From a virus, in IMG/VR virus record IMGVR_UViG_3300014208_000005, positions 1 through 64,000 of that record: a DNA stretch of 64,000 nt; one strand, given 5' to 3'. Shown here piece by piece: positions 27,774 to 37,975 of this stretch; positions within the stretch are counted from its first letter, which is position 1, and each line of letters begins with the position of its first letter. Made by a program: the position numbers and the translations under genes. The notes below the pieces were generated by a model, which saw only the letters and a program-made list of their open reading frames with translations, made no database searches and had not been told where the DNA came from.

Positions 27774-28653
27774 GCCATTTAAATTCTTCTATTAGTTCGT
27801 AAACTCCTTTGATTATGTGACCATTTCTTAATTGTCCTCCCATCATTGATAATGAGTGTAATTGATCTTCTACTCGCCAAATAAATGGCTCTTCCCAATC
27901 GTTAATTACGATGAAATCAAATGGTAAGACTTTGTAGTCAGGATACAGCGTCTGCAAACCTGCTCTGTAAAGGGCTGCCTGTAAGTAATAACGCCATTTA
28001 ATGAATTCCCTCTCAAACGACAATGTTGATTCAGAAGACGTTTTTAAATCCCAAGGTTTGATTGTTCTGGCTAAGTTATTAAAAATAACGCCATCAAGTA
28101 ATCCTTTACACTTCGTTCCTTCCAATTCAAAATAAATCTCCTTTTGGAATTCTCCACTAGGTGCAAAATAGGGCCATGTAAATTCGTTATTTAATAAACG
28201 TGATTGGTAGTTAATCGCGCGATTAAAGTCGTCGTTTGTAATGATTATTTTATCTCCGGCTTTAGCTATTTCGTGTAGAAACGCATCACATTCCTCGTGA
28301 AATTTTCTTAAAGCTGTTGCATTAAGAAGAGATTTATTATAACCAGACACTTCACGCGCTTTAAGGATTATTTTATCATGATCATTCAGAGTGTAATCAG
28401 CTGGTAACTCATAATTAAGATAGGCATCAAGCCACTTCAACATCTCACCACCAGGTCTTTTAATTACTGTCTGATAAAACTTCTCATCAAATTCATCTGC
28501 TGAAAACATCAAACAATCAACTAATGAGCCAAAACTCAAAGCTGATGATTCTTCTTTTTCTGTAGCGATTAGATTTCTTGGATGTACTGAGAGTTTTGAT
28601 AAGCGCGAGTAACTTAGTCCTTTAGCATTTTTGTATTCTTCAAATTTAGTCAT
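27700..28653 (-). CDS. PD-(D/E)XK exonuclease (RecE/exonuclease VIII-like)
   Basis: LSYSRL, ALSFGSLVD, CKGLLDG, WDLKTS, YYLQAALY. Confidence 0.8.
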   Translation of the reverse strand: MTKFEEYKNAKGLSYSRLSKLSVHPRNLIATEKEESSALSFGSLVDCLMFSADEFDEKFYQTVIKRPGGEMLKWLDAYLNYELPADYTLNDHDKIILKAREVSGYNKSLLNATALRKFHEECDAFLHEIAKAGDKIIITNDDFNRAINYQSRLLNNEFTWPYFAPSGEFQKEIYFELEGTKCKGLLDGVIFNNLARTIKPWDLKTSSESTLSFEREFIKWRYYLQAALYRAGLQTLYPDYKVLPFDFIVINDWEEPFIWRVEDQLHSLSMMGGQLRNGHIIKGVYELIEEFKWHEQNDKYDYPVDFYSKGYKSISLL

Positions 28654-28831
28654 AAATAATTAGATTTTTTAATGTTTTTATCTTTTCACGAAACTTGTAA
28701 CCCTCCTCAACTCTGTTAGATTTCCACCCATGAACTCTAGCCATTCCTGCTAATTCAGTCAGTTCATCTCCTAAAAGTTTAATGTAATTATCATAAGTCT
28801 CAATTAATTCATCCATTGCATCTGTCATCAT
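28646..28831 (-). CDS. Hypothetical protein
   Basis: 61-aa coupled ORF. Confidence 0.55.
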   Translation of the reverse strand: MMTDAMDELIETYDNYIKLLGDELTELAGMARVHGWKSNRVEEGYKFREKIKTLKNLIIYD

Positions 28832-29094
28832 ACTTTATCATTTTGAATTAATATTGATTGTTCTTCTTTCCATTTATCTTCAGCCAAAATACGGTATTTT
28901 TCTCTGGTTTTAGTTGACCAACGATTTTTTCGATTCTTTTTTAGAACCTCTCTACGTTTAGTAGCGTGAATAATATTGAATGTTAATTTTCTAAAAGCTT
29001 TAACTCCAGCTGTACCAGTGTAAATAACGTATTGTCTAAGAGTAATATTTCCATTTTGTAAAAATTGTTGAACAATATCTGAAGTATTTACCAT
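28828..29094 (-). CDS. Basic hypothetical protein
   Basis: 88-aa ORF. Confidence 0.5.
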   Translation of the reverse strand: MVNTSDIVQQFLQNGNITLRQYVIYTGTAGVKAFRKLTFNIIHATKRREVLKKNRKNRWSTKTREKYRILAEDKWKEEQSILIQNDKV

Positions 29095-29144
29095 TCCGCT
29101 ACCATCAATTTTTGTAATTAGTTCTGTGTTGTCTGCTCATTAAT

Positions 29145-29181
29145 AAAAAAGACAGGAGTTCATAAACTTAGAAATCCTGTC
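29145..29181 (-). terminator. Rho-independent terminator after ferritin
   Basis: Minus strand GACAGGA...TCCTGTC followed by TTTTTT. Confidence 0.65.
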
Positions 29182-29203
29182 AGAAAGACTTGTCATTACG
29201 ACA

Positions 29204-29692
29204 TTAAACTAACCCTTCAACCTTGTTATCAATCAATGCTAATCCCGGCGTAGTTGTTCCAGCTATTGCTATGAAGTCTAAAACAGATTGAACTTTGTCT
29301 TCCTCTTCAATCTGTTCAGTTAACATTGGTAGTAAAAACGCCGAAGTGATAAAATCAGACTCACGCATTGCGAGTTCGTAAAGAGAGCCTAACGCCTTAG
29401 AAGTCTTAACTTCAGTTTCCATTGTTTTTGTAAATAGGTCAAGAATTCCTGTGAATTCACACTGAGGTTCGACTTGCGTTGTAAGTAAGAATTTCTCATT
29501 ACGGTCTGCAATGTAGGTTGCGATAAGCATTTTATGCTTCATCTCATCTTCTGCTGCTTTGTAAAACCACTTAGCACAGCCTCTGTATTCTCCAGCATCA
29601 CACCATGCAGCCATTTGCAGGTAAGTCCTGGCATTCTTCTCTTCGTGATTTAATTGCTCATTAAGAGCTTTAAGGATTTTCTCTGCTAACAT
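29204..29692 (-). CDS. ftnA: Non-heme ferritin
   Basis: ALNEQLNHEEKNARTYLQMAAW, AEDEMKH, EQIEEE ferroxidase-centre pattern; 162 aa. Confidence 0.88.
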   Translation of the reverse strand: MLAEKILKALNEQLNHEEKNARTYLQMAAWCDAGEYRGCAKWFYKAAEDEMKHKMLIATYIADRNEKFLLTTQVEPQCEFTGILDLFTKTMETEVKTSKALGSLYELAMRESDFITSAFLLPMLTEQIEEEDKVQSVLDFIAIAGTTTPGLALIDNKVEGLV

Positions 29693-30459
29693 TAAATAAA
29701 CCTCCCAAATCTGTCACGTCTAGCGCTGCTTTTAGTTACAGGCTTTGCTTTTTCTGTCTTTACTGTGGTAATACTTTCAATACTTTTCTTCAAATCATTA
29801 AGACCGTCAGATAATTTTGAAATACCGCTTGTAATGTTTGTTAATGTTTCTTTGCTGATTGTTACCGTTTCTTCCTCCTTAATTTGTTCACCAATTACTA
29901 AGATGTCATCTGATTTGAAAGAATTACATCCAACAAATACCGTTTCTTTCGTTATTGTAACTTTGTATTCAAATAAATGAGTTAAAAGACTTTGAACTGG
30001 TGAGCATTCTTTTTTGTAAATTGCTGCGAATTCATCGGAAACAGGACATGCAGTAAAGGTTCTTACAGAAGAATCATAAACCCAGGAATACTTGTAACCG
30101 AATTTATCTGGTGCAGTTGAGCCATCACAATCTGCATTGTTTGTGCAAAAATAAACTCTGCCAGCTGTTACACAAATTCTTCCTTCAACATTTTGTTTAC
30201 AAATCCTCCCTTCAAACTTAGTTCCGTTAAGTTCAGGATGTTTAAGCACGTTGTTAATAGACATTGTGACAAACTTCTTCTCCTTAGTCGATTCCTTCAC
30301 ATTTTTCAATATTGTTATCGCGTTACACAACTGAAAGAACAGTTTAAAAGGGACATTTTTATCATTAATCCTTACAGTCTTGGCTGTTTTGTCAATGTGA
30401 ACAATGTAAGGACGAGCACTCTTATCAGAATGATTTTGTAATGTTAATTTTTTTTCCAT
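29692..30459 (-). CDS. Hypothetical protein
   Basis: DKFGYKYSWV motif; C-terminal RRDRFGRF. Confidence 0.6.
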   Translation of the reverse strand: MEKKLTLQNHSDKSARPYIVHIDKTAKTVRINDKNVPFKLFFQLCNAITILKNVKESTKEKKFVTMSINNVLKHPELNGTKFEGRICKQNVEGRICVTAGRVYFCTNNADCDGSTAPDKFGYKYSWVYDSSVRTFTACPVSDEFAAIYKKECSPVQSLLTHLFEYKVTITKETVFVGCNSFKSDDILVIGEQIKEEETVTISKETLTNITSGISKLSDGLNDLKKSIESITTVKTEKAKPVTKSSARRDRFGRFI

Positions 30460-30461
30460 TG

Positions 30462-31661
30462 TTAAATTGCGTTAATTTCATTAATTTCATTATCTTGTTC
30501 TTCAATCTTTTCTTTACGATTCTTTGAGAAAAATTCCACAACTTCTTTACGCATTTTAGCCCATTCTTCATCTGTTTTCGCAGCGTAAGTCGAGGAGTGA
30601 TACATTGAACCATTTACCATATCTAGTGCTGAATGCACGAAATACTGTAAGCAACGAATTGCACCATTTCCACTATGGTCAAAAGCGCCAATGAACATCG
30701 GATCCACAAAGCAATTAAACGTCTCTGTTCCACTTCCTTGATAACCCTTAATGTAGGTTAATCCTCCGCAATGTAATCCTGAAACACACGACTGGCTTGA
30801 GTTGCAATTTACTTTTGCCCAATCTGAAAGTCTAATTAAACACCCAACTTTAATGAAATGCCTTTCATCGGCGTATCCATTACTTCCTTCACAGAAGAAA
30901 GCATCTCCACCTTGATGCATCATTGGTGGTTCAAACAAACGTTCTTCAGCAATTTCCGGCAATTTTGTTAAAACAATTCCTGTGTCAGGATCAATTGTCT
31001 TTTCATAACGATCAATGACAATCTTATTACCATCAGCATCAAGAGCGTATTTCGTCGTTATTTCTAATGCAGCTTTGTACGTATTTAACAACCCCTCTTG
31101 CGTAATAGAAACGTCCTTAACTGAAGCGTACTTCACCGCAACATCGTGTGACAATCCTTGTTCATCCATTAACTTTGAAACTTTATCATTGTTGACAAAG
31201 TCTGTGTTAATGTAATTTGCAAACATTTCTGAAAATTGTTCCCTGCCTTTTTTATCCTTACCTCTAAGGACGGGATTCCTTAACCAACGAGTCCACAGTT
31301 TAACCAAAGGCATGAAATCCACACCTTTCTCTGCAGATTCAATAATCCTGTCTGCAAGAGACTTAGGCATTGCAATTGACGAAGTTACTCCTTCATTTTT
31401 AAGATAGAACTTCTTTGTGTGGTTGTTAACGACAATGTAGGGGCACTTTGTTTCCACTAATTCCTTAAAAGATACGTGTGTCAACTTCTCAAACTGTTCC
31501 AAAATTGGCTTTAACTCATCAAATTTCTTCACTTTATCTGCTTTTACTTGCAGCTTTACCATCGCATCATAGCGATCTTTATCAAACGTCACTACGAATT
31601 GTTCCTTTCCGTAGGAGCCTGAAATCACGTCGTTTTCGACATTAATGTTAATTACACTCAT
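30462..31661 (-). CDS. rIIB: rIIB-like protein
   Basis: PLVKLWTRWLRNP, ITQEGLLNTYK, CVSGLHCGGLTYI; downstream of rIIA-like gene. Confidence 0.8.
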   Translation of the reverse strand: MSVININVENDVISGSYGKEQFVVTFDKDRYDAMVKLQVKADKVKKFDELKPILEQFEKLTHVSFKELVETKCPYIVVNNHTKKFYLKNEGVTSSIAMPKSLADRIIESAEKGVDFMPLVKLWTRWLRNPVLRGKDKKGREQFSEMFANYINTDFVNNDKVSKLMDEQGLSHDVAVKYASVKDVSITQEGLLNTYKAALEITTKYALDADGNKIVIDRYEKTIDPDTGIVLTKLPEIAEERLFEPPMMHQGGDAFFCEGSNGYADERHFIKVGCLIRLSDWAKVNCNSSQSCVSGLHCGGLTYIKGYQGSGTETFNCFVDPMFIGAFDHSGNGAIRCLQYFVHSALDMVNGSMYHSSTYAAKTDEEWAKMRKEVVEFFSKNRKEKIEEQDNEINEINAI

Positions 31662-31698
31662 GTTTGTTGTTTTTTAATTAGCTAATTAATTAATTCTG

Positions 31699-31729
31699 CA
31701 AAAGTACGAAATTTATTCCGTTTCTGCAA
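31699..31729 (-). promoter_or_regulatory. Bacteroidota-type promoter driving rIIB-ferritin
   Basis: TTGcagaaacggaataaatttcgTACTTTTG on the minus strand; shares TTGCAGAAAC with the promoter at 789. Confidence 0.75.
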
Positions 31730-34415
31730 CTTTTTCTTCTGTTTTCTTTATTGTTAATTCATCTGGAATTGAGAATTTATCCAACCCAACTTCCTGTAAA
31801 AGAACTCTTATCAATCTTTCTGCTTGAGACGTTAATGTTTTAGCCTCATCATACCTTCTTGGAACGAAGTAACTGACTTCATTAAACAACTCCTTCACTG
31901 GCTCAGAATATTCAAGCAATAAGTTGCATTGGTTTACAACAGTCATATCTAAAATAGAAGCATTTTTAACCAATTCTGTCCCAAATAACTCTTTCGACTT
32001 TTCAGCGATTGCTTTTTCATCCTCGGAATTATCTGTAACAAATAGTTGAAACTCTCCGTATTTTATCAACTGCTGTAACAACTGTGATTCAACGTCGTCA
32101 TCTGTTAACTTACGTAGTTTTAACGTCTGAGTAAACTTATTTGAGTATTCAATAAGGTAATCGTAAATTTCTGCAATCCTATTGTCAATTTGTGCGTAAT
32201 TCTTAAAGAAGTTAATTGATTGATTCTCTGTGATTTGTTTTGCAACAAATCTTGCCGTAAAGTATTTTTTTACATCTTCGTCCACTGTAATACAACTGTC
32301 ATTAAGTTGATAAAAGAAGTTACTGATGTGTGTTCCTATTGATTTAAAATGTTTCTCATTCTTCTTTGATATCTTTACTATTCTTATTTCCTTGTTGTAC
32401 CAACTTATTTGTTGCAAACCTAACGTCCTACACGCTGCCTGCAACATCTCAGAATCTTCCTGAAATCCAAAGTAAACTTTACTTTTCCACGATAAAACCG
32501 TCGATGTTTTCTCCTCAACCTTATCCCAAATCAGTTCATACCTCGTCGCGTAACTATGCGAACTTACTCTTGGAGTAAAGAAAACAATTTCTCCATTAGC
32601 TTTCCTTAATTCCTCAAGCGAGGCAGACTCTTTTGCAATGACTTCCTCAACCTTACGTTCTTCCTCCTCTGCTGTGACTTTAAAATCCTCTGGAACTTCT
32701 ACTGCGTCATAATCAAGACACTCAGACGAATTTTTGATTAATTCAAGAATCCTAAGCATTTTAGCCCTTTTCTCCTCAAACTTTTCAGTTACCTCTTCTT
32801 TCAACGTCTCTGCCGTTTTCTCCAGAAGTTCATCCAGTTTCTTATCAAGGTCTTCCAATTCAAGAATGACAAAACTCCTACGATCTTCTAATTGAGTTTG
32901 TAAGATGTATTGGTCTTTAACATTAGATGCCTTATCATCAGACAATTTAAGATAAACCTTATTTCCTGCAAAATGTCCCCAACTTTCTACTACCGACCTG
33001 TCAACTTTTTTGACGTAACCTCCAGTTGATTTAACGTATTCATTTTTGTAGGTTACCTCTCTAGGATACATTCCCCAAAACATGTCTCCGGGATTCTTAA
33101 ACTTAATCGTCTTATCTTCAGAGAATATCGGAATGATGTTCGACTTGTCAATCATTTGAGCTAACTCGTAAAGAGTACTCCCGCGTTGAATGTAGCCTAA
33201 GGCAGAGTTCGCTTTCTCAATCCATTTCAAAAAGTCTTTCTCTTTTAATTCCTTGTTGATAATTTCAGCTGCCTCATTGGCGACGTTTTTAGTTATCGAT
33301 AAAAGATAAGCCTTAGTGTCATCATTCCAAATCACTTGTTCTCTGTTAGGCGTAACAGTAACTCCTTCGTTAATAAGGTATTCTTCTCCGCTTTCTGTTT
33401 TTCCGACAGAACGCATCTGAACTTTTAATCCTACCTGACCATAACGCTGTTCTAACTCAAGTTCTTTATAATTAATCTCATTGTAACAAATTCCTACGTT
33501 ACTTGTTTTATCTTTTACAACGACTAAGTGTGGGCGAGAATAATGTGAATTGTTTGAGATTATTAAATTGTCTGAGTTGTAAAGAACACTCGCCTTAAAA
33601 TAATGTTCTCTTTTATTACCCCCTTCATCAACGATGTAAAACCTCACATTTGGTAAGTAAAGTAATTGAGATTCAACGGCGTTAATGAATTTGTGTTTGT
33701 TGAGTTTCTTAACAGGGGTGATAATCTCAGTGAAATTCTTTAGAGTTGTCTTCTCATAATAGATTTTCGACCCATTGGTAAGAGTAATAAATTTATTCTC
33801 TTCCTCTGTGTCAAGATTAAAAGGCCCAATTAAATCATCGATTTTCTTAGAGTAAATGTTAAGCTTGTAGAGTTGACCATTGTAGGCTGAAATCATTGTG
33901 TAAAATGGAGTCATTGTTGATAAGGGACTTTTCTGACCAAGTCCGAAACTTCCCATGAACTCTTTGGTATTCCTTTTTGTTGAGTACCCTAATTGCAATA
34001 CTCCTTCCATCCTCCCATTACCAATTCCAACTCCATAATCTCTTACAACAAACTCATCACAGAATCCACTTCCTGCTTTTTCTCTGTACTCTAACTCAAC
34101 GTTAATGTGTTCAGTGTCAAGCCAATCTAAATTGTAGTATTCACGTTTGAACTTACTGTCCTCAAACTCCTTACCGTGCTTAACAATGAAGTAATCCTCT
34201 TCCTTTGATTTGCCCGTGAGAATCTCAATCGCAATCTCCTTCTCACGCTGTGAATCTACTGCATTAGATGTCAACTCCCTCACAGTCGATTCAATAGGCA
34301 TTGAGTAAGCGTAAACCTGAAGAATGTCAAAGACAATATCAATTGAATTAGAATTTATCTCCTTCTTAATTCCCCTTGAACCCTTTGTACTATGTGTTAT
34401 TGGCTGTAGCGACAT
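31713..34415 (-). CDS. rIIA: rIIA-like protein with N-terminal GHKL/HATPase domain
   Basis: VRELTSNAVDS, VRDYGVGI, YSTKR, GSFGLGQKS, VTPNREQV. Confidence 0.85.
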   Translation of the reverse strand: MSLQPITHSTKGSRGIKKEINSNSIDIVFDILQVYAYSMPIESTVRELTSNAVDSQREKEIAIEILTGKSKEEDYFIVKHGKEFEDSKFKREYYNLDWLDTEHINVELEYREKAGSGFCDEFVVRDYGVGIGNGRMEGVLQLGYSTKRNTKEFMGSFGLGQKSPLSTMTPFYTMISAYNGQLYKLNIYSKKIDDLIGPFNLDTEEENKFITLTNGSKIYYEKTTLKNFTEIITPVKKLNKHKFINAVESQLLYLPNVRFYIVDEGGNKREHYFKASVLYNSDNLIISNNSHYSRPHLVVVKDKTSNVGICYNEINYKELELEQRYGQVGLKVQMRSVGKTESGEEYLINEGVTVTPNREQVIWNDDTKAYLLSITKNVANEAAEIINKELKEKDFLKWIEKANSALGYIQRGSTLYELAQMIDKSNIIPIFSEDKTIKFKNPGDMFWGMYPREVTYKNEYVKSTGGYVKKVDRSVVESWGHFAGNKVYLKLSDDKASNVKDQYILQTQLEDRRSFVILELEDLDKKLDELLEKTAETLKEEVTEKFEEKRAKMLRILELIKNSSECLDYDAVEVPEDFKVTAEEEERKVEEVIAKESASLEELRKANGEIVFFTPRVSSHSYATRYELIWDKVEEKTSTVLSWKSKVYFGFQEDSEMLQAACRTLGLQQISWYNKEIRIVKISKKNEKHFKSIGTHISNFFYQLNDSCITVDEDVKKYFTARFVAKQITENQSINFFKNYAQIDNRIAEIYDYLIEYSNKFTQTLKLRKLTDDDVESQLLQQLIKYGEFQLFVTDNSEDEKAIAEKSKELFGTELVKNASILDMTVVNQCNLLLEYSEPVKELFNEVSYFVPRRYDEAKTLTSQAERLIRVLLQEVGLDKFSIPDELTIKKTEEKVAETE

Positions 34416-34716
34416 TTTTTGATATTATTTTCATTATTTGATTGTAGTATTTAAGTCTGTCATCGTCTGGAAGATAATCAGCTGTTACTTTTAAACAGCA
34501 ATGACCTCCATAACAATACCAAGGTTTATGATACCCTTTAGCAGTCTTATCTCCTGAATCTTTCCTGGCAGCTAATACTCCATACTCACTTAGATTGTAA
34601 AGATGTAAATTGTGATCAACCCTTCTTACAACTCCAAAGTTCATATTATTTTTGTACCCAGCATTAGTGATGACTAAATCACCTATTAATAATTCTTTTC
34701 CAGCTAAATCATTCAT
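34390..34716 (-). CDS. Hypothetical protein
   Basis: 108-aa ORF, DLAGKELLIGDLV start. Confidence 0.55.
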   Translation of the reverse strand: MNDLAGKELLIGDLVITNAGYKNNMNFGVVRRVDHNLHLYNLSEYGVLAARKDSGDKTAKGYHKPWYCYGGHCCLKVTADYLPDDDRLKYYNQIMKIISKNVATANNT

Positions 34717-35003
34717 ACTCTGTCTGTGTCAATGTATTGTTTTTTAAATTCGTAATAAGCCTGTTGTTTGTCCTTATTTAATTGATCGACTGTGAGTTTA
34801 ACCAAGTATTCTGGATGAAGTTCTTGTAAAATTAACAATTCTCTATGCCAACCAGTTTTGTGATTAAGGTACCCCATGTCATAAACCCACCACATGTTAC
34901 CGTCTTCATTTTTAATTAGAAGAAAAACATTACTCGGTTGATAATCTCTGGATTCTCTGTCAATAACTAAATCACCACGTTTAAGCATCACCACACAACT
35001 CAA
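34713..35003 (-). CDS. Hypothetical protein
   Basis: Coupled ORF. Confidence 0.5.
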   Translation of the reverse strand: MSCVVMLKRGDLVIDRESRDYQPSNVFLLIKNEDGNMWWVYDMGYLNHKTGWHRELLILQELHPEYLVKLTVDQLNKDKQQAYYEFKKQYIDTDRV

Positions 35004-35304
35004 TCATTTTGTTAGACAAGTACTCAAAGACATCATTATCTGTGTCTTTTCTCCATGTAATTGAGTTCACATCTTCCAGTATTTTTGTTGCATCTAAAAC
35101 TGCAATGCCTTGCGGTGTGTCAACTAAGATACTTGTGACTTCAATTTCAAACGACGGTTTTACTGGGGCAGTTGCTCCACCACCAGATAGCGGTGTTTCT
35201 CCGAGACCATCATTGTAAAGACCCTGAACTCTAAATGTAGTATTTCCTATTAAAATATCCTCAGTGATTAAATCATAAGGGTTTCTCCAGATTGCTTCCA
35301 TCAT
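34981..35304 (-). CDS. Hypothetical protein
   Basis: Coupled ORF. Confidence 0.55.
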   Translation of the reverse strand: MMEAIWRNPYDLITEDILIGNTTFRVQGLYNDGLGETPLSGGGATAPVKPSFEIEVTSILVDTPQGIAVLDATKILEDVNSITWRKDTDNDVFEYLSNKMIELCGDA

Positions 35305-35741
35305 AAGTTGTATTTAGCCTTAATTATTTTAATAACTTCTAAACATTGTTTCTGATTTCTCGGTAAAAATAAATCACAAACATCATCAGCGTCGATTAAA
35401 GATTTCTTGAACAGCTTAAATCGGAGCGGGAAACTCTCGTTAAGTAACCCTTTGGTCTCAATAATAACTGGGTAATTTTCCAATCGAAAGTCTGGTTTGT
35501 AAGTTATTGGTCTTACCTTCTCACCGTTGTAAGTAAACCCCGGAAATACCTCATAAGATTTTCCTTCGTACTTAAAAGGTGTCTTTAACAACTCTAATTG
35601 CTTGTACATAAAGACTTCAAGCTTGGAGTTGAATTTCGTGCCTTTGTAAGTAAGTTTTACATTGCCAAACTTGTTGGCAACGTTAGGTTTACGTTTTATT
35701 TTCCTAATTCCAGTAACCCTCTTCATAACAGAACTCAGCAA
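35301..35741 (-). CDS. PD-(D/E)XK endonuclease, DUF1064-like (putative resolvase)
   Basis: NKFGNVK..YKGTKFNSKLE, ITYKPDF, IIETKG. Confidence 0.75.
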   Translation of the reverse strand: MLSSVMKRVTGIRKIKRKPNVANKFGNVKLTYKGTKFNSKLEVFMYKQLELLKTPFKYEGKSYEVFPGFTYNGEKVRPITYKPDFRLENYPVIIETKGLLNESFPLRFKLFKKSLIDADDVCDLFLPRNQKQCLEVIKIIKAKYNL

Positions 35742-36105
35742 GCATTCTTATTTCATCTTCTCCAATTTCTGTGTAGTCTGCTAATTCATAATAAATGTTT
35801 TCTGCTTGTTCTTCTGTGAAACCAAATTCTTCTACTATTTGATCGCTAAAAGAAAGTTCATCATATTCTTTAAAGTAAGTCACTATTAGCCTTGCAGTAT
35901 CCAAATCTTCTTTCGTTAATTTGTAAGATTCTTTTGGTGTTTGTGGATAACTTTTCAGAGCAGTTTCAATGCAAAGTGTTGTCCAGACTTTTGGTCTAAA
36001 CTCTTCACTAAAAACTAAATTCATTACTGTTCCATTCAACCCAGGTCTAGCTGGGTATTGTTTTTCCTGTTTAGTTATCTCTAACCAAGGATTGTTTTCA
36101 TTCAT
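35704..36105 (-). CDS. Hypothetical protein
   Basis: 133-aa ORF. Confidence 0.55.
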   Translation of the reverse strand: MNENNPWLEITKQEKQYPARPGLNGTVMNLVFSEEFRPKVWTTLCIETALKSYPQTPKESYKLTKEDLDTARLIVTYFKEYDELSFSDQIVEEFGFTEEQAENIYYELADYTEIGEDEIRMLAEFCYEEGYWN

Positions 36106-36502
36106 ATTTCGTTTGTTTTATTGTTAAAGTTTGTCCAAAACACCAAGGAGAAACATAAATTTCATTATCATCTTCGTCATAAGTACATGGCATTTGTTCA
36201 AACCCTTCTCCAATTCCATCACTAAGCTGTCCAGATGTGTAATCCATCAAAACATCTAATTCATCTTCAGTTAGTTCTTCTTTTGATTCATAGTTAACAA
36301 CTGTTTCGAGTATTTCTACTTCGTTATTATTTCTGTACTCAAAATGCATGAAACCGTTAGTTACTCCTTTCTGAACTAATAGAACTTCCTCGTCTCCAAA
36401 ATATTCAGAAAACTCTTCATCGCAGCCTATGTGATTTAATAATTTTAAATTATTAGTTCCAGATACTTCTCCAGAAACTCCTCTTATTTCAATATTATAC
36501 AT
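36098..36502 (-). CDS. Hypothetical acidic protein (GQLSDGIGEGFEQ motif)
   Basis: 134-aa ORF. Confidence 0.6.
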   Translation of the reverse strand: MYNIEIRGVSGEVSGTNNLKLLNHIGCDEEFSEYFGDEEVLLVQKGVTNGFMHFEYRNNNEVEILETVVNYESKEELTEDELDVLMDYTSGQLSDGIGEGFEQMPCTYDEDDNEIYVSPWCFGQTLTIKQTKYE

Positions 36503-36504
36503 AT

Positions 36505-36690
36505 TTAGTCTTCATTAATGTCTCTAATACTTGTGATTTCAATCAACTGAAAACCATCTTTGTTGTATCGCTCATTAATTATTTCACGAGCTGTTGACTC
36601 ATCAAAAGCTTTAACAACAATGACATTTTTAGTTGGTTGATTTAGTGATTTGTATTGTATTCTCGCAATAAAGCGTTTAGGTTCTATCAT
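36505..36690 (-). CDS. Hypothetical protein
   Basis: 61-aa ORF. Confidence 0.5.
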   Translation of the reverse strand: MIEPKRFIARIQYKSLNQPTKNVIVVKAFDESTAREIINERYNKDGFQLIEITSIRDINED

Positions 36691-36976
36691 AGAGTTTAGT
36701 TATTTCAGTGATGCGAGCAGCCATTTCTGGTAAAAGTTTTTTAGAGTATTTCTCATAAAGAATTTTTAAATCTTCATCGTCAAGAGTAATTGATACTTCT
36801 CCTAAGCCCTCACTAAAGGACATTCCACGAATACCTGGACAGGATGCTCTTGCAAGTAAATAAAATGATATTCTATCTCTGTAGTCATACATTCGATCTT
36901 GCTGTTCTTCTTTAATAGACTTGTCATTTTTTAACTTCTCTTCGTATTTTTTTACAAATTTCAAAATGTTGCTCAT
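36677..36976 (-). CDS. Hypothetical protein
   Basis: 99-aa coupled ORF. Confidence 0.55.
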   Translation of the reverse strand: MSNILKFVKKYEEKLKNDKSIKEEQQDRMYDYRDRISFYLLARASCPGIRGMSFSEGLGEVSITLDDEDLKILYEKYSKKLLPEMAARITEITKLYDRT

Positions 36977-37956
36977 AGTAAATTTCTTAGTAATTGTTTA
37001 GCTTTGCCAACATCCCTGTATTTATCAATGTAATCAGAGATATCTTTCACACCTGTTTCTATCGGCAGGAAAAAATAAGGAATTCCATGCTGTAAGGAAA
37101 ATAATTGTGCGTACTTTACCCCAGCGTCATCGTTATCAAAGAAAATGTACATTTGTTTGTACCTTCCTTTAAACTTCTCCCAGACTTTCTCAGGAATCCA
37201 CGATACTTCATTATTAGGAGCTACTGCCGGATAACCTAATTGTTTCAAGCACATTACATCCTTTAACGACTTCGTGATAATTAATAGGTCGTTGATTTTG
37301 GGGATGTTATCAATGCCTTGAACAACTGTGTTATCAATATTGCTGTACCATTTCTGTTTGCTTAAGGGTTGGTAAATCTTACGTAATAAACGTCCATTAT
37401 GATAATAATAATCGTAAGAATAACTAGTCCCAGCAGCGAAAAACATTACATCATTTATCCAGAAATGAGATACAGGCCTTACTTTGTATTCTTCTAATGT
37501 TGTCTTAGAAATGCCGTATTTCTCATACCAATATTCTTTATCATTTAACATCCAGTTTCTGACTTTAATCTTAATAACTGTCCGGCGCGAATGTTTATCA
37601 AGACCCACGTTATCGAATGTGCAATCCGATACAGAATTCTTGTTTACATTAAGGACATTTGTTACTAGATTAAAGTCAGATGCTACCATGTCGAACGTAT
37701 CTCTGTAAGAGATGCCATATTTCTTCATTAAGTAGCCCCAGATGTTAGTTCCTGGATCACTTGAACCAAAGTCTTTGTAAAGCAAATACCCTCCAAAATC
37801 GCTTATTCTGCAACTTGGCTTACTTTCTTTCCGTAAGTCACTTTTAAAGAATGTGTCAACTTTTTCAAAGTTTGGACAATATCTTTTGAAAAGTTCTGCT
37901 TCGGAAATGTTATCAAGTATTTGCTCTTTGGTTATCATTTTGTGTCCATGAATCAT
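36973..37956 (-). CDS. dnaG: DNA primase (crAss-type, TOPRIM)
   Basis: LYKDFG, KIYQP, LLIITKSLKDVMCL, FFDNDDAG, KDISD. Confidence 0.85.
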   Translation of the reverse strand: MIHGHKMITKEQILDNISEAELFKRYCPNFEKVDTFFKSDLRKESKPSCRISDFGGYLLYKDFGSSDPGTNIWGYLMKKYGISYRDTFDMVASDFNLVTNVLNVNKNSVSDCTFDNVGLDKHSRRTVIKIKVRNWMLNDKEYWYEKYGISKTTLEEYKVRPVSHFWINDVMFFAAGTSYSYDYYYHNGRLLRKIYQPLSKQKWYSNIDNTVVQGIDNIPKINDLLIITKSLKDVMCLKQLGYPAVAPNNEVSWIPEKVWEKFKGRYKQMYIFFDNDDAGVKYAQLFSLQHGIPYFFLPIETGVKDISDYIDKYRDVGKAKQLLRNLL

Positions 37957-37975
37957 CGGTTACTTTATTAGTCAG

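Noticed and set aside
29094-29140. Possible frameshifted N-terminal extension (ATG-A-GCA-GAC...) of ORF 28828..29094
   Set aside because: An in-frame ATG exists at 29094; a sequencing indel, real mutation or coincidence cannot be distinguished without reads.
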